This document shows positions 21,588 through 35,674 of a stretch of DNA of 64,000 bases, piece by piece. The notes beneath the pieces are model-generated. The model did no database searches, was not told the DNA's origin, and saw only the letters and a program-made list of their open reading frames with translations. Every line of letters starts with the position of its first letter. The stretch's first letter is position 1. The position numbers and the translations under genes were made by a program. The DNA is from an uncultured bacterium (GTDB taxonomy: Bacteria > Verrucomicrobiota > Verrucomicrobiia > Limisphaerales > UBA8199): the NCBI GenBank assembly GCA_963749495.1, contig CAVVMW010000002.1, positions 10,591 to 74,590 on the forward strand, written 5' to 3'.

Positions 21588-23135
21588 ATGCCTGGCTTGA
21601 TTGCCATTGTAGGGCGCCCCAACGTGGGCAAATCCGCGCTGTTCAACCGCATCGCGGGCCGGCGCATCGCCATTGTTCACGATCAGCCCGGGGTCACGCG
21701 CGACCGCATCACGGCCGAGGCCGAGTGGGGCGGGCACGCATTCACCCTGGTGGACACGGGCGGCATCGGGCTGCTGCGCGGGGAGAAGGCCGATGACGTC
21801 ATCGTTCAAGCCGCGCTGGCCCAGGTCGAACTGGCCATCGAGGCCGCCCAGGTCATCGTCCTGGTCGTGAACGTGCGTGAGGGCGTGGTGCCGCTGGACC
21901 GCGACGCGGCCCAACGCCTGCGCCGCAGCGGCAAGCCGGTCCTGGTCGCCGTCAACAAGACGGACACCCAGGAAATGGAAACCGGCGCGACGGAATTCGC
22001 CGAGTTGGGATTCGACCAGTTCTTCCCCGTCAGCGCGATTCACGGCACGGGCGTCGAACCGCTCCTGGATGCGGCGGTTGCGCGGCTCCAGTCCACAGTC
22101 CACAGTCCAGAGTCCACAGTCCACAGTCCAGAGTCCAGAGTCCAGAGTCTGGAGCCTGGAGTTCCGATTCCAAATCCTGAATCTCAGATTCCAGATTCAG
22201 TGGCCCAGGGAGCACCTTTGAAACTGGCCATCGTTGGCCGGCCTAATGTGGGCAAGTCGTCCCTCATCAATGCGCTCACACGGTCCGAGCGAGTGGTGGT
22301 CACCCCGATACCGGGCACGACCCGCGACTCAGTGGATGTGCCGTTCGAGGTCGAGGCCCAGGGCGTGCGCCAGCGCTATGTGCTCATCGACACCGCGGGG
22401 ATGCGCAAGGCCCGGCGCGTGGACGACTCGATCGAGTTTTTCAGTCTCAAACGGGCCGAGGACGCGATTGCGCGCTGCGATATCGCTATCCTGGTCCTGG
22501 AGGCGCAGAGCGGGATCACCGAGCAGGACAAGAAAGTGGCGGACAAGATCGTCCAGGAACGCAAGGCCTGCATCGTGGTGGTCAACAAATGGGACCTGGT
22601 CCAGGAGGCGGTGCGCAACGCGCGCGAAGAGGAGATCGAGCACCGCCGCCGCAAAGACAGGGCGCGCGGCCCCAAGACGATGACCACGCTGGCCGAGTTC
22701 GGCGGCTGGGTCCAGGAACACCTCTTTTTCCTCGATTACGCCCCGGTCATCTTCACCTCCGCACAATCGGGTTTTCACCTGGACCGGCTGCTGGAGGCGG
22801 TGCGCTACGTGGCGGCGCAGTTGCAGCAAAAGATCCCCACCGCCATCCTCAACCGGACCTTGCAGGACCTCGTCGAGCGCCGCCAGCCCGTAAGCGCCCA
22901 GGGCCACCGGCTTAAGTTCTTCTACGCCACCCAGGTCAGACAGGCCCCGCCCACATTCCTGCTCTTCGTCAACCGGGATGAGCTCTTTTCCCAGCAGTAC
23001 AAGAAATACCTCGCCGACCAGATGCGCCGCGCCTTCGGCTACGAAGGCTGCCCCATCATCCTGGCCGCCAAGCCGCGCCCCAAAACCATCCAAACCGTGC
23101 GACGCCATCGGCCCAGGCCAGCAGCCAGAACGTAG
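21588..23135 (+). CDS. der: Ribosome biogenesis GTPase Der (EngA)
   Basis: Two GRPNVGKS G-domains and a KH-like C terminus. Confidence 0.97.
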   Translation: MPGLIAIVGRPNVGKSALFNRIAGRRIAIVHDQPGVTRDRITAEAEWGGHAFTLVDTGGIGLLRGEKADDVIVQAALAQVELAIEAAQVIVLVVNVREGVVPLDRDAAQRLRRSGKPVLVAVNKTDTQEMETGATEFAELGFDQFFPVSAIHGTGVEPLLDAAVARLQSTVHSPESTVHSPESRVQSLEPGVPIPNPESQIPDSVAQGAPLKLAIVGRPNVGKSSLINALTRSERVVVTPIPGTTRDSVDVPFEVEAQGVRQRYVLIDTAGMRKARRVDDSIEFFSLKRAEDAIARCDIAILVLEAQSGITEQDKKVADKIVQERKACIVVVNKWDLVQEAVRNAREEEIEHRRRKDRARGPKTMTTLAEFGGWVQEHLFFLDYAPVIFTSAQSGFHLDRLLEAVRYVAAQLQQKIPTAILNRTLQDLVERRQPVSAQGHRLKFFYATQVRQAPPTFLLFVNRDELFSQQYKKYLADQMRRAFGYEGCPIILAAKPRPKTIQTVRRHRPRPAART

Positions 23136-23202
23136 GAGCGCGGACGCCTCGTCCGCGCAGCCCTCGTGGCAAAAACACGCGGACGGGGCGTCCGCGCTCC
23201 TA
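23132..23202. repeat. REP-like palindrome, possible terminator
   Basis: TAGGAGCGCGGACGCC...GGCGTCCGCGCTCCTA. Confidence 0.75.
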
Positions 23203-23361
23203 TGGGCGACCTGGAGGCTGCCGAAGCGTAGTCAAGCCTTCTTTCAATCCGGCTTATTCCTTTACTTGCGCACGCTGCAAGAAACTAAGGTTGCGTGGGG
23301 CTGAATCGTGGGATTTCCTGGGGAATAACGTTAGCGTGAATTTCTTGCGAATTGTCTTGCT

Positions 23362-23409
23362 CCCCCATATATGGGGGCTATGCTTGCACCGTTGCCCTAC
23401 TAATAGGGT
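23362..23409. promoter_or_regulatory. Tandem NrdR boxes
   Basis: CCCCCATATATGGGGG (23362-23377) and GCCCTACTAATAGGGT (23394-23409), 32-bp spacing, upstream of nrdJ. Confidence 0.75.
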
Positions 23410-23541
23410 CCGCGCCTCCAAAACGCGCGGCGGATTTCATCTCAGAGCAAAACGAACTGAACTCGGTACGGCCGGTTTTTTCCTTTGAACCGTTAGAGGC
23501 AATGGCAGCAAGAATCGGCTGACGAGCAAAGAGGAGAAGCC

Positions 23542-26658
<3,117 letters not shown>

Positions 26659-26769
26659 ATTAGCGCGGCACGGGAGCGAGATCGAACAGTAGAAGCGTGG
26701 CTAACTCAAGCGGGTAGCCATCATGAGATTGGGCGTGCAATCGTCGGTGGATCTTAGTCAAATGCCTCC

Positions 26770-27522
26770 GTGCGGACCGAAACTTCGAATTCCCAATCCG
26801 AGGCGCAGAGCGGCGTCTTCGCCACGACGCATTGGAGCGTGGTGCTGGCGGCCCGCCAACGGGAGACGCCGGAATCGGCTGCGGCCCTGGAACGGCTCTG
26901 TCGGACCTACTGGTATCCGCTCTACGCCTACCTGCGCCGAACCGGGCATGGTCCCGAGGATGCCGAAGACTTGGTCCAAGGTTTCTTTCTGCATTTGTTA
27001 CGACGAGAGGTCCTGAAGTCCGTTCAGCGTGAAGGAGGCCGCTTTCGCTCATTTCTCCTGACCACGCTGAAGCACTTCGTGTCGGACGAAAAGGACAAGG
27101 CCGCAGCCAAGAAACGAGGCGGCGAACACCGGTTTATTTCCTGGGAACGGGATAAAGAGGAAGAGCAATTCCTCCGCGAGCCTGTGGATATGGAGTCTGC
27201 GGACCGCTTGTTCGAGCGGCGCTGGGCGTTGATCTTGCTGGAACGCGCGATGTGCCGCCTTCAGGAGGAGTCTGCCGCGGCTGGAAACGCCCAACGATTT
27301 GCTCAGCTCAAGGGATTTGTTTCGGGCGAGAAAGGTGCGCCGTCCTACGCGGAAGCGGCCGAGCGGACTGCCCTGAGTCCTGGCGCCCTCAAGTCAGCCA
27401 TCTTCCGCCTCCGGCGGCGTTACCACGAACTGATTCGCGAGGAAGTGAGCCAGACCGTCGTGGAACCAAAGGAAATCGACGAAGAACTGCGCTATCTGCT
27501 GCGGCCATTCAGCGCCGGCTGA
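26770..27522 (+). CDS. ECF-type sigma-70 factor (kinase-associated type)
   Basis: FATTHWSVVLAA, LCRTYWYPLYAY, GRFRSFLL. Confidence 0.92.
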   Translation: MRTETSNSQSEAQSGVFATTHWSVVLAARQRETPESAAALERLCRTYWYPLYAYLRRTGHGPEDAEDLVQGFFLHLLRREVLKSVQREGGRFRSFLLTTLKHFVSDEKDKAAAKKRGGEHRFISWERDKEEEQFLREPVDMESADRLFERRWALILLERAMCRLQEESAAAGNAQRFAQLKGFVSGEKGAPSYAEAAERTALSPGALKSAIFRLRRRYHELIREEVSQTVVEPKEIDEELRYLLRPFSAG

Positions 27523-27587
27523 GTTGGACCTCGCAGCGCCGCGCAACTTCTTCCCGTTTCTTCCGAGGTACATTTAAAATAAGAACG

Positions 27588-30500
27588 ATGCCCTCTGAAG
27601 CCCTTCGCAAAACCCAGTGCGCCGTGTGCGGCGGGCCGCTCCCGGCCGATGCAGTGGAATCGGTCTGTCCCCGTTGCGCGTTCGACGGGGCGCTGGGACT
27701 CTCGGCTGCCCAGCCAGGAGCCGGGGCTGGCACGGACGCTGAAACCGGCAAGGACCGCAAACCTGCCGGGACGCCACAGGTCTCTGCCGCGGGTTCGACC
27801 TTTGGCGACTATGAATTGCTGGAGAAAGTCGGCGAGGGCGGCATGGGGGTGGTTTTCAAGGCGCGCCAGAAGAGCCTGGACAGGATTGTGGCAGTCAAGA
27901 TGCTGCGGTTGGGACCGCACGCAGCGCCCGAGTTCGTGAAGCGGTTCCGCGCGGAGGCCATCGCGGCCGGGAGCCTGCAACACCCGCACATCGTCGCCAT
28001 CCATGAGGTGGGCAGCTATCAAGGGCAGCATTTCTTTGTCATGGATTACGTCGAGGGGCAGAGCCTGGCCCGGTTGATTGGGAACCATCCCGTGCCGGCC
28101 AGGCAAGCCGCGCAGTATGTCCGGACCATTGCCGAGGCGGTGCATTACGCGCACGAGCGCGGCCTCCTGCACCGCGATCTCAAGCCCGCCAACGTGCTGG
28201 TGGATGCACAGAATCAAGTGCGGGTCATGGATTTTGGCCTGGCCAGGCGGTTGGAGGGAGACTCGGAATTAACCTTGACCGGGCAGGTCTTGGGTTCACC
28301 GCATTACATGCCCCCGGAGCAAGCGGCAGGCAAACGCGGCCGGGTCAGCCGCCGCACGGATGTTTATGGGCTCGGGGCAATCCTCTATCATCTGCTGAGC
28401 GGGCGCCCGCCATTCGTCGGGGAGGAATTGGCCGACATGCTGCAGCACGTCTTGAACAGCGAACCGGTGTCGCCGCGGTTGTTGAATCCCGCCGTGCCGC
28501 GAGACTTGGAAACGATCTGCTTGAAGTGCCTGGAGAAGGAGCCGGCACGCCGCTACCCAACCGCCAGCGCCCTGGCGGACGAACTGGGGCGGTTCCTGCA
28601 AGACCAACCCATCGAGGCGCGCCCGGTCGGGCGGTTGGAGAAGCTCTGGCGCTGGTGCCGCCGCCAACCGGTGCGGGCGGCACTGATCGCCGCGTTGGTT
28701 ATGGCCCTCCTCCTGGGCGCGTTCGGAGTGCTTTGGCAATGGCAGCGCGCCGAACGCCAACGACGGCGGGCCGAGGCCGGTGAGTTGCGCGCCTTGCGGC
28801 TCGCATACGTCTCGGACATGAACCTGGCCTTCCAAGCGGTGGAGGCCGGCGACCGCGGTCGGGCCTTGGAATTGCTCAACCGCTACTGGCCTGTCGGAGT
28901 ACGCGGACCCCGAAATCCGAGATCCGAGATTGATCTGCGCGGCTGGGAATGGCGCCACCTGTGGAAGCGGTGCGAGAGCGAGGCGGTCGTGACGCTCACT
29001 AATTACCCCTATCTGGTTGGCGGTTTAGCCGCCTCGGCCAATGGGCGCTGGCTGGCGGTCAGTACCGCCACCAATATCATGATCTGGGATTTGGTCGCCC
29101 GTCGGGCCACCGACCGCGTCCCCATCACTGCTTGCATGGCGGTACTCGATGTCTCCGCCGATGGCCGGCTGGTGGCCTGTGCCGAAGCGGATATGACGGA
29201 GTTGGCGAAAGACTTCAGGGCCGTGGTTTTCGACACCACGACCCGTACTATCGTGGCCCGGTTTGCGCATCCCGGGACTTGGTGGCTGGCCCAGGTTGCG
29301 CTCTCACCCGACACACGGGTGCTGGCGACGCTGGATTGGGCAAAGGACCAGGGGTTTGTGAGGCTGTGGAGTCTGGAGACCAAGCAGTGTCTCCATTCCA
29401 TACCCGTGCCGCCGGGCAGCTCCATGACCGTTGGCAGGCTGCGCTTCTCGCCAAACGGCCAAGTGCTTGCCATTGGCCAGAGCGACGGGCACCTGCGATT
29501 GATCAACTCGGCCACGGGCGCCGCGCGGCAAGACATCCCTCCACCCGCTGCCTGTGGTCCCATCACCGCTCTTGCCTTCGCGCCGGATGGAAAGCAGCTC
29601 CTGGCCGGCTATGGCCGGATTGAGCACGGCGGCTTGGCGACCAACGTCTGCATCTGGGACGTGCCGACCGGTGAGCCAGCCGGGCAATTCGTTGGCTGCC
29701 ATGACTCGGTCAATTCGCTCTGTTTTTTGCAGGACGGCCGGACGGTCGCCTGCGCCGGCGGCGATGGGACCATTCGTCTCTGGGATGTGGTCGCGCGCAA
29801 GGAAATGCGCCGATTGTCCGGGCATGCCGGCGCGGTCTATGCGGTGGCGGCTTTGACTGATGGCAAGACCCTGGTCAGCGGTGGCCAGGATGGCTGCGTC
29901 TGTCTCTGGAACACCGACTATCGAAAGCCGGAAAACGCCACCGGGTCGTTACCCGCGAACATTCAGGACTTTGCCTTTACGCCCAACAGCCGGCGGGTCG
30001 CCACGGTGAACGGCGAGGGCCGAATCGAGGTCTGGGACACGCCAACCCTGCAACCCGTCCTCGGCATGGGTCCGCTCGGTGCGAGCAACCTGTGCCTCGC
30101 CCTGGCCTCCCGCGCGGAGCGCCTGTTGCTGGCGGCGGGCACGGAAGGCGGTTGGGTGAAGGTCTGGGACATTACTTCTCTGGCTGAGCCTCGGCTGGTG
30201 AGCGCCTTCAAGGCCCACAACGCCACAGTGGCCGTTCTGAAGTTTGATCCGCGCGCGCAGACCCTCCTGTCCTCCGCATTCCTTCCGGGCGCCTGGGCTG
30301 ATTCCGACCCCGGGAACTTCAAAGCTCGGGATACTTCCTCCTGGCGCGAACGGCCCGAGTTCAGCGTCGGTTCCCACCAGGTCGCTTACCTGCCCGAGGC
30401 CAACCTGATGGTGGTCCGCCGCGGGCCGGTCGGAATGGACTTTGCCGTCCGGGACCTTCGGACGGGCAAGGAGAGGATGATCGGGGCCGGGCACAAGCAT

Positions 30501-30902
30501 GCTCTCTCTGTCTTGGTCTTCTCGCCCGATGGCCGGTGGTTCGCCTCGGGAAGCTACGACGGCACGGTCAAGCTTTGGGAGGTGGGTCCGTGGCGCTGCG
30601 TGGCGACCCTCAGAGGAATGAGCTCTGTGGTACGCGATGTGGCCTTTTCACCTGACAGCCAGCGCTTGGTTACCGGGTCCAATCCCGTGAAGTTGTGGGA
30701 CCGTGCCACTTACCACGAACTGGCAAGCCTTGCTTTGGACGGGACGGGTGTGCGGTTTTCACCCGACGGCAGCACCCTCGCGGTCCGGGACAGGTCCGGC
30801 ACGACGCACTTCTGGCGCGCCCCCGCGCTGGCCGAGATAGAGCAGGCCATGCATCCGAGCGGAAACGGAGGACCTCCTTCCAACCAGACAGCACACCACT
30901 AA
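27588..30902 (+). CDS. Ser/Thr protein kinase with WD40 repeats
   Basis: GEGGMGVV, HRDLKPAN, DFGLA; many WD40 repeats. Confidence 0.95.
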   Translation: MPSEALRKTQCAVCGGPLPADAVESVCPRCAFDGALGLSAAQPGAGAGTDAETGKDRKPAGTPQVSAAGSTFGDYELLEKVGEGGMGVVFKARQKSLDRIVAVKMLRLGPHAAPEFVKRFRAEAIAAGSLQHPHIVAIHEVGSYQGQHFFVMDYVEGQSLARLIGNHPVPARQAAQYVRTIAEAVHYAHERGLLHRDLKPANVLVDAQNQVRVMDFGLARRLEGDSELTLTGQVLGSPHYMPPEQAAGKRGRVSRRTDVYGLGAILYHLLSGRPPFVGEELADMLQHVLNSEPVSPRLLNPAVPRDLETICLKCLEKEPARRYPTASALADELGRFLQDQPIEARPVGRLEKLWRWCRRQPVRAALIAALVMALLLGAFGVLWQWQRAERQRRRAEAGELRALRLAYVSDMNLAFQAVEAGDRGRALELLNRYWPVGVRGPRNPRSEIDLRGWEWRHLWKRCESEAVVTLTNYPYLVGGLAASANGRWLAVSTATNIMIWDLVARRATDRVPITACMAVLDVSADGRLVACAEADMTELAKDFRAVVFDTTTRTIVARFAHPGTWWLAQVALSPDTRVLATLDWAKDQGFVRLWSLETKQCLHSIPVPPGSSMTVGRLRFSPNGQVLAIGQSDGHLRLINSATGAARQDIPPPAACGPITALAFAPDGKQLLAGYGRIEHGGLATNVCIWDVPTGEPAGQFVGCHDSVNSLCFLQDGRTVACAGGDGTIRLWDVVARKEMRRLSGHAGAVYAVAALTDGKTLVSGGQDGCVCLWNTDYRKPENATGSLPANIQDFAFTPNSRRVATVNGEGRIEVWDTPTLQPVLGMGPLGASNLCLALASRAERLLLAAGTEGGWVKVWDITSLAEPRLVSAFKAHNATVAVLKFDPRAQTLLSSAFLPGAWADSDPGNFKARDTSSWRERPEFSVGSHQVAYLPEANLMVVRRGPVGMDFAVRDLRTGKERMIGAGHKHALSVLVFSPDGRWFASGSYDGTVKLWEVGPWRCVATLRGMSSVVRDVAFSPDSQRLVTGSNPVKLWDRATYHELASLALDGTGVRFSPDGSTLAVRDRSGTTHFWRAPALAEIEQAMHPSGNGGPPSNQTAHH

Positions 30903-31106
30903 CCTGGATGCCTTCCGGAAATTCAAGCTCATAGTGGCCCGCCAGCGCCGCCGTTCACCGCGCCGTCGAGAATCTCACTTTGGCGCGTAACTTTCTTCCC
31001 CGTTTTCCCCGGTACAGAGATGAAAGCAGCCTGCGTCCTGTGGGGCGCACCCAGGCCGGCTGCCAACCATAACCACCATAAACTCGAAAACGCAAAGAAT
31101 AAAAGT

Positions 31107-32537
31107 ATGAGAAACTCGATGTTCATCCGGGGGCTCGCGCCCCTCGCGGTGTGTGCCCTGGTGGCGCCGACGGCGGTGCGGGCCCAGCCGACGTCATTCA
31201 CCGCCACCGGCTGGGTCAACGCGGTGTTCGCGCCGGGCGGCATGGCGGGCATCATCTGTACCAATGCCCTGGGCCAAGTCCTAGTCCGCGGCCTCGTCCA
31301 CACCACACGGGTGCAAGCCACGGACGCCCGCGTCACGGGCCAGGTGCTCGACATCAGCGACGGCAGCTACAATGCCGACGGCACCGCCAACGTGCAGGGC
31401 CCGGGCTATCTGCAAGTCGGCACTTGGGACCCGGCCGGCACCAACTTCACGCCTGCCGGCGGGATGTGGGAGGTCAGTTACGGCGGCACCATGGGGGCCG
31501 ACGGCAGTCTGCAACTCCACATTGTCGGCTACGGCTGCGGCGGGACCATTGACGGGTTGCGCCTCGACGAGACGCTGACGCGGGCAGCCGGACCGATCCT
31601 GGACCCAACCATTCCCTACCTCTACACCGGCACGATCAAGCCGCCGCCGGTCAGCACCACGCTGGATTCTGACACCTTCACTAACCCTGTTCCCCAGGGC
31701 TGGACTTCCGGCTCCGGCTCGGGGACGGCGACGCTCGTCCCAGGCAACCAGCAAATGACCTTGCAGGCGCAGTTTCCTGGTCCCTCCTCGGACTCCACGA
31801 GGACACTCGCTTGGGCCACCCGCAACCAAGCCTGGGCGGTGGACGACAGCCAGACCCTCGAATTACGGGTGGACCTGGTGCGGCTCGAACCGGCCACAGA
31901 GGCGGTGCTGGGGATCTTCGAGAGCTTGGGCGGTCCGGGCTACAGCATGACCGTGGGCCACGAGTATGTCACGATCAACAAGTACATGGGGGGACTGGCA
32001 GTCCTCTGCGGGTACAAAGTCACCATAAAGACGAACGTCGTTGCGAGCCTGGCCTTGACCGGAGAGGGGGAAAATGTGCTGCTCACTGCTCGGGTACTGG
32101 ACAAGGACAATCAGGATGCGGTCATTCGTGAACTGACGTTCCTGGACACGCCCGCCTCAGACCCAACCTTGAGCAACACTCAGTTCGTGGCCATCTCTGG
32201 CTTCGATTTGACGGACCTAATGCCTAACCCAGCCGGCCCACCCTATAAAAGCGGCGGGATGCCGTGGCTAGGGCTTTGGCAAAAGACCGACGGCCATCAG
32301 CCCGCAGCCGAGGCCACTTTCGCCAACTACGCTCTGCGGAAATATGAAGTGCCGCCCCTGAGCATTGCGCGGGCCGTGCAGATCGAGTTCCCCGCTCCCG
32401 CCGGGGCGATCTGTTCTCTCCAAGGCGGGCCAACCCCTCAAGGCCCGTGGCTGCGGGTCCAAGAGTTGCCGATGCCCGGGATGCAGCAGGTGACTGTACC
32501 GATCAACCAACCTGCGCAGTTCTTCCGCGTGCGGTAG
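31107..32537 (+). CDS. Secreted hypothetical protein
   Basis: Signal peptide; C-terminal ...AQFFRVR tail. Confidence 0.75.
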   Translation: MRNSMFIRGLAPLAVCALVAPTAVRAQPTSFTATGWVNAVFAPGGMAGIICTNALGQVLVRGLVHTTRVQATDARVTGQVLDISDGSYNADGTANVQGPGYLQVGTWDPAGTNFTPAGGMWEVSYGGTMGADGSLQLHIVGYGCGGTIDGLRLDETLTRAAGPILDPTIPYLYTGTIKPPPVSTTLDSDTFTNPVPQGWTSGSGSGTATLVPGNQQMTLQAQFPGPSSDSTRTLAWATRNQAWAVDDSQTLELRVDLVRLEPATEAVLGIFESLGGPGYSMTVGHEYVTINKYMGGLAVLCGYKVTIKTNVVASLALTGEGENVLLTARVLDKDNQDAVIRELTFLDTPASDPTLSNTQFVAISGFDLTDLMPNPAGPPYKSGGMPWLGLWQKTDGHQPAAEATFANYALRKYEVPPLSIARAVQIEFPAPAGAICSLQGGPTPQGPWLRVQELPMPGMQQVTVPINQPAQFFRVR

Positions 32538-32724
32538 GCACCGTGAGGCGCTGGGTGGCTCCGCCGGAGCGCGATGTGTCCAGCCACGCGGAGCGAATAC
32601 CAACCAGGCTCCGGGGCGGCGAGATGAATCATCGCCTTTCTCCGGAGCTTGCCAATTTCGTGCGTGCAAATCGTGGGCCGCACGGTAGGGTTGTGCCAGG
32701 GTCGCTGAAGACCGCGGGAACTGT

Positions 32725-33184
32725 ATGAATGCTCACAGAGGACGACACAGCAAACGTAGAAGGGCAGGAGAACCCAGCGCGCCAGCGCCGCGTTTCCGCC
32801 GCCCTCCGTTATCTTCGCTTCCTTCCGTAAGAAGGCCTCCTGCCTTCCTCCCCGCCTTCACCCTGCCTCGAGCTCCTGGTCGTCGTGAAGTCTTCGGAAA
32901 TGCGCAGGGCCGCTACCCTCTTCACCTTCATGGATGAGGACGCGCAGACCATGTGCACGGGTGCCTTCTGGGTCAACCCAGACCCGACCGACTCATGGTG
33001 GAACATCCCAGGCGCCCGCGGTCGGGGCGGCGGGGCGAACGTGGCGTTCGCCGACGGACACGTTGTCTTTGAGAAGTGGAGGTTCCCCAGCCGCAGGTGC
33101 ACAGGATGGGAGACGCTCGTCCAGAACGCCTCGGATCGCGCCGATCTGGCTTGGGTGGTCAGCCTGGTCCCGAGTGAAAGGTAG
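32725..33184 (+). pseudogene. Internally deleted prepilin-type / H-X9-DG gene
   Basis: AFTL(fs)LELLVV joined directly to FTFMDED...ANVAFADGHV. Confidence 0.7.
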
Positions 33185-33288
33185 GCGGCCAGATAAAAGG
33201 GGAGAGGTCCGGTTATCTTGGCGGCCTCAATCCAGGGGCCAGGGAGAGATTGGGCGTGCAATCCCGCCCGGATTTGGTTCAATGCGTC

Positions 33289-33488
33289 CGTGCGGACGGA
33301 AGATTCGAATTCCGAAGCCCAGGCGCACAGGGCCGTGTTCGCCACGACGCATTGGAGCGTCGTGCTGGCGGCGGGTGATCCGGCTTCGCCCCAGGCGGCA
33401 GAGGCCTTGGAGAAACTGTGCCGCACCTACGGGTACCCGCTTTACGCATACGTGCGCCGGCAGGGCTACGGCGCGGAAGACGCCCAGA
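33289..33488 (+). pseudogene. Truncated second ECF sigma factor
   Basis: VFATTHWSVVLAA...LCRTYGYPLYAYVRRQGYGAEDAQ, paralog of 26770. Confidence 0.88.
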
Positions 33489-33575
33489 ACCTGCCCCAAC
33501 TGCGGCCACGTGGCCGTCCGCAACGGCGCCTGCTACAAGTGCATGAACTGCCGCGAGAGCTTAGGATGCAGTTAG
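33489..33575 (+). pseudogene. Duplicate of the nrdJ 3' end
   Basis: 87 bp, TCPNCGHVAVRNGACYKCMNCRESLGCS*; 10 mismatches counted vs 26572-26658. Confidence 0.93.
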
Positions 33576-33625
33576 CCTGAGAGCCTGGCAGGAACATGGC
33601 CTGCTTCTGCCTCGCGGATCTGTAT

Positions 33626-34997
33626 TCAGCGGGATGAGGCCCCGTGCGGCAATCTGCGCGCCGCCCGCGCGGCAACGAGTTGACAGGGCAGGCAGTAATC
33701 GGCCTTTTTCACCCCGGGCGGAAATGACACCTGTTCGTAGGCGGTCAGGTGGCCCTCCGCCTGGTGGTAGGCGATGTGGCCATAAAGACTGAGAAGGAAA
33801 TCGTTTCTGCGTCCCAAAGACCACAACGCGTTGAGGTACTCGGTCAGGGGCCAGTCATCGAGGTGGTCGGCGAACCGGGTCATCCCGCAGAACTGCCCGC
33901 CGGCGGTGAGCCGGGCGTGGATCACCCGGTGGGCCAGTTTGGCGGGCAGCAGCCCGCTGGACAGCAGCTCGGGCCAGTACCCGGTAATTGGTGTAGGAGG
34001 CCAGGTCCGCCGCGCCCCCCGTCAAGCGCGCGGGCCGCGGCGCCGGTTCCACGTGCGGGGCCAGCCACCAGTCCGAAGGATTCTTCGGCCAGGTCTTCTC
34101 AATTGCGCGCAGGGTGTCCCCTTCGAGGGCCGCAGCCGCGCGGCGCGCCACACCAGGTTTTGTGGACGGCCGGGCCTTTTGGCGCGCGCACAGCTCCACC
34201 CACCGCCGCAGGCCTTTGACCACCCACGCATTGTTGTGGAAATACTTCCGCACGTCTTCCCGCGTGTCTGCCTCGGGAACTCCGGCGATGAGGCCATCCG
34301 TCTTCGCCGCCTCGGCCCGCAGATGGAGGAGCAACTCGGCGATCCGATTCAACGGAGCAAAGCCCTCGTCCCACCAACCTGCGGGACCCGCCCTTTCCGC
34401 AAGCAGCGCGCCGGTGTGGAGCAGTTGGCCGTATTCGCTGATGGACGGGCCGTAGTATTTGATGGTGCCGTCTTCGCGCACGAAATGGACCAGCCAGTAG
34501 CGAAACAGTTGAGCGGCGCGCGTGTTCAGGCCCCAGGCCGAGAGCGCATCCACCGCCGCGATGATGGTGGGGGGAAAACCGTCATGCTCCTCCTTGGCAT
34601 ACGTGCCCACGCCATACTTGGGATGGTCGCCGACGAAAGTGGCATCGATGTGCGCGAGCCCGACCTTCACTGACCAATCGAGAAAGGGATGGCCAGTGTT
34701 AACCGGCGGAGAGGTCTGGAGCTGGCGGGCCTTTCCGGCGATCCGCTGCGGGTCGAACGCGGGCTGTCCGGTGAGCCGGGGGAACAGCTTGAGAATGGTG
34801 TCGAGGTCCGGCCGCCCCGCAAACCGCTGGCGGACGGGGTCCTCGCGGAGGGCCACCCAATCTTCCGCCGCCGAATCCGCCGGCGAGGCTTGCAGTTTCA
34901 AACACGGCAACAGCGCGGCGCCTGCTGCCAGCGCGACTGAGCGGCGGGCAAACTCGCGCCGAGTGATGGATCCGCTGGTTTTGGCGAATTTATGCAT
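33626..34997 (-). CDS. Tat-exported hypothetical protein, possibly glycosidase-like (frameshift near 33985)
   Basis: ITRREFARRSVALAAG Tat signal; continues in ORF 33626-33925. Confidence 0.65.
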
Positions 34998-35047
34998 CGG
35001 CTCTCCGGGATCTGAAATGCTCGCGCGCCATAGCAATGGCGAAGCTG

Positions 35048-35255
35048 GTTGAAACGCAGGGAACACCCGGTCCTCACCCTTGGGCAGGGCCAACAATTGC
35101 CCGCGATCGACCTTCTTGCGGATGGTCTCGCGCGTCACCCCGAGAAGCGCGCAAACCTGGCCGGTTTCGAGGCAAGGTTCGGCGGCCTTGCGCAACTCGG
35201 CCATGCGAGCCAAACCCCGCAACCGCGCCTGGTTGAACTCTTTTTCGCCGTTCAT
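35048..35255 (-). pseudogene. HTH DNA-binding protein fragment
   Basis: QVCALLGVTRETIRKKVDRGQLLAL...FPAFQ; runs into the next gene. Confidence 0.55.
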
Positions 35256-35674
35256 GCTCCGCCCGCTCCCGCGGGCGCGGAAGGGCGCAGCAGCCGAATC
35301 CGATCCCTGAGCCTGTCAAAATCGGCATCCAGCACCAGCAATTTGTCACCACGGGCGATCACGGTAGCGGCAATTGCCGCGTCAAAGAACTTCATCTGCT
35401 GGCCCTTGCGCCTGAGTTCGGAGATCAGCGCGGCCAGTTGGGCGGCATCCGCTTCAGTAAAAGTGGAAACCAGGGACCGGAACCTGTTTTGGTAAAGCCT
35501 GTGGGCCCGCTGGCGCAAGTCCGTTCGGACTGGCGGGTGCGTCCCCACCAAGAATTCTGAAGCTGCCAGCGCCGGGATATAATAAGGGCCCTCCTCGTGT
35601 TCCGGGAGCAGGCCGTCGAAGTCGCCCTGCTTTTCCGCGCAGATGAGCACGCTCGTGTCAATCGCCACCGGCAT
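35252..35674 (-). CDS. PIN-domain VapC-like toxin
   Basis: AIDTSVLI, SEFLVG, FDAAIAAT, DADF. Confidence 0.9.
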   Translation of the reverse strand: MPVAIDTSVLICAEKQGDFDGLLPEHEEGPYYIPALAASEFLVGTHPPVRTDLRQRAHRLYQNRFRSLVSTFTEADAAQLAALISELRRKGQQMKFFDAAIAATVIARGDKLLVLDADFDRLRDRIRLLRPSAPAGAGGA

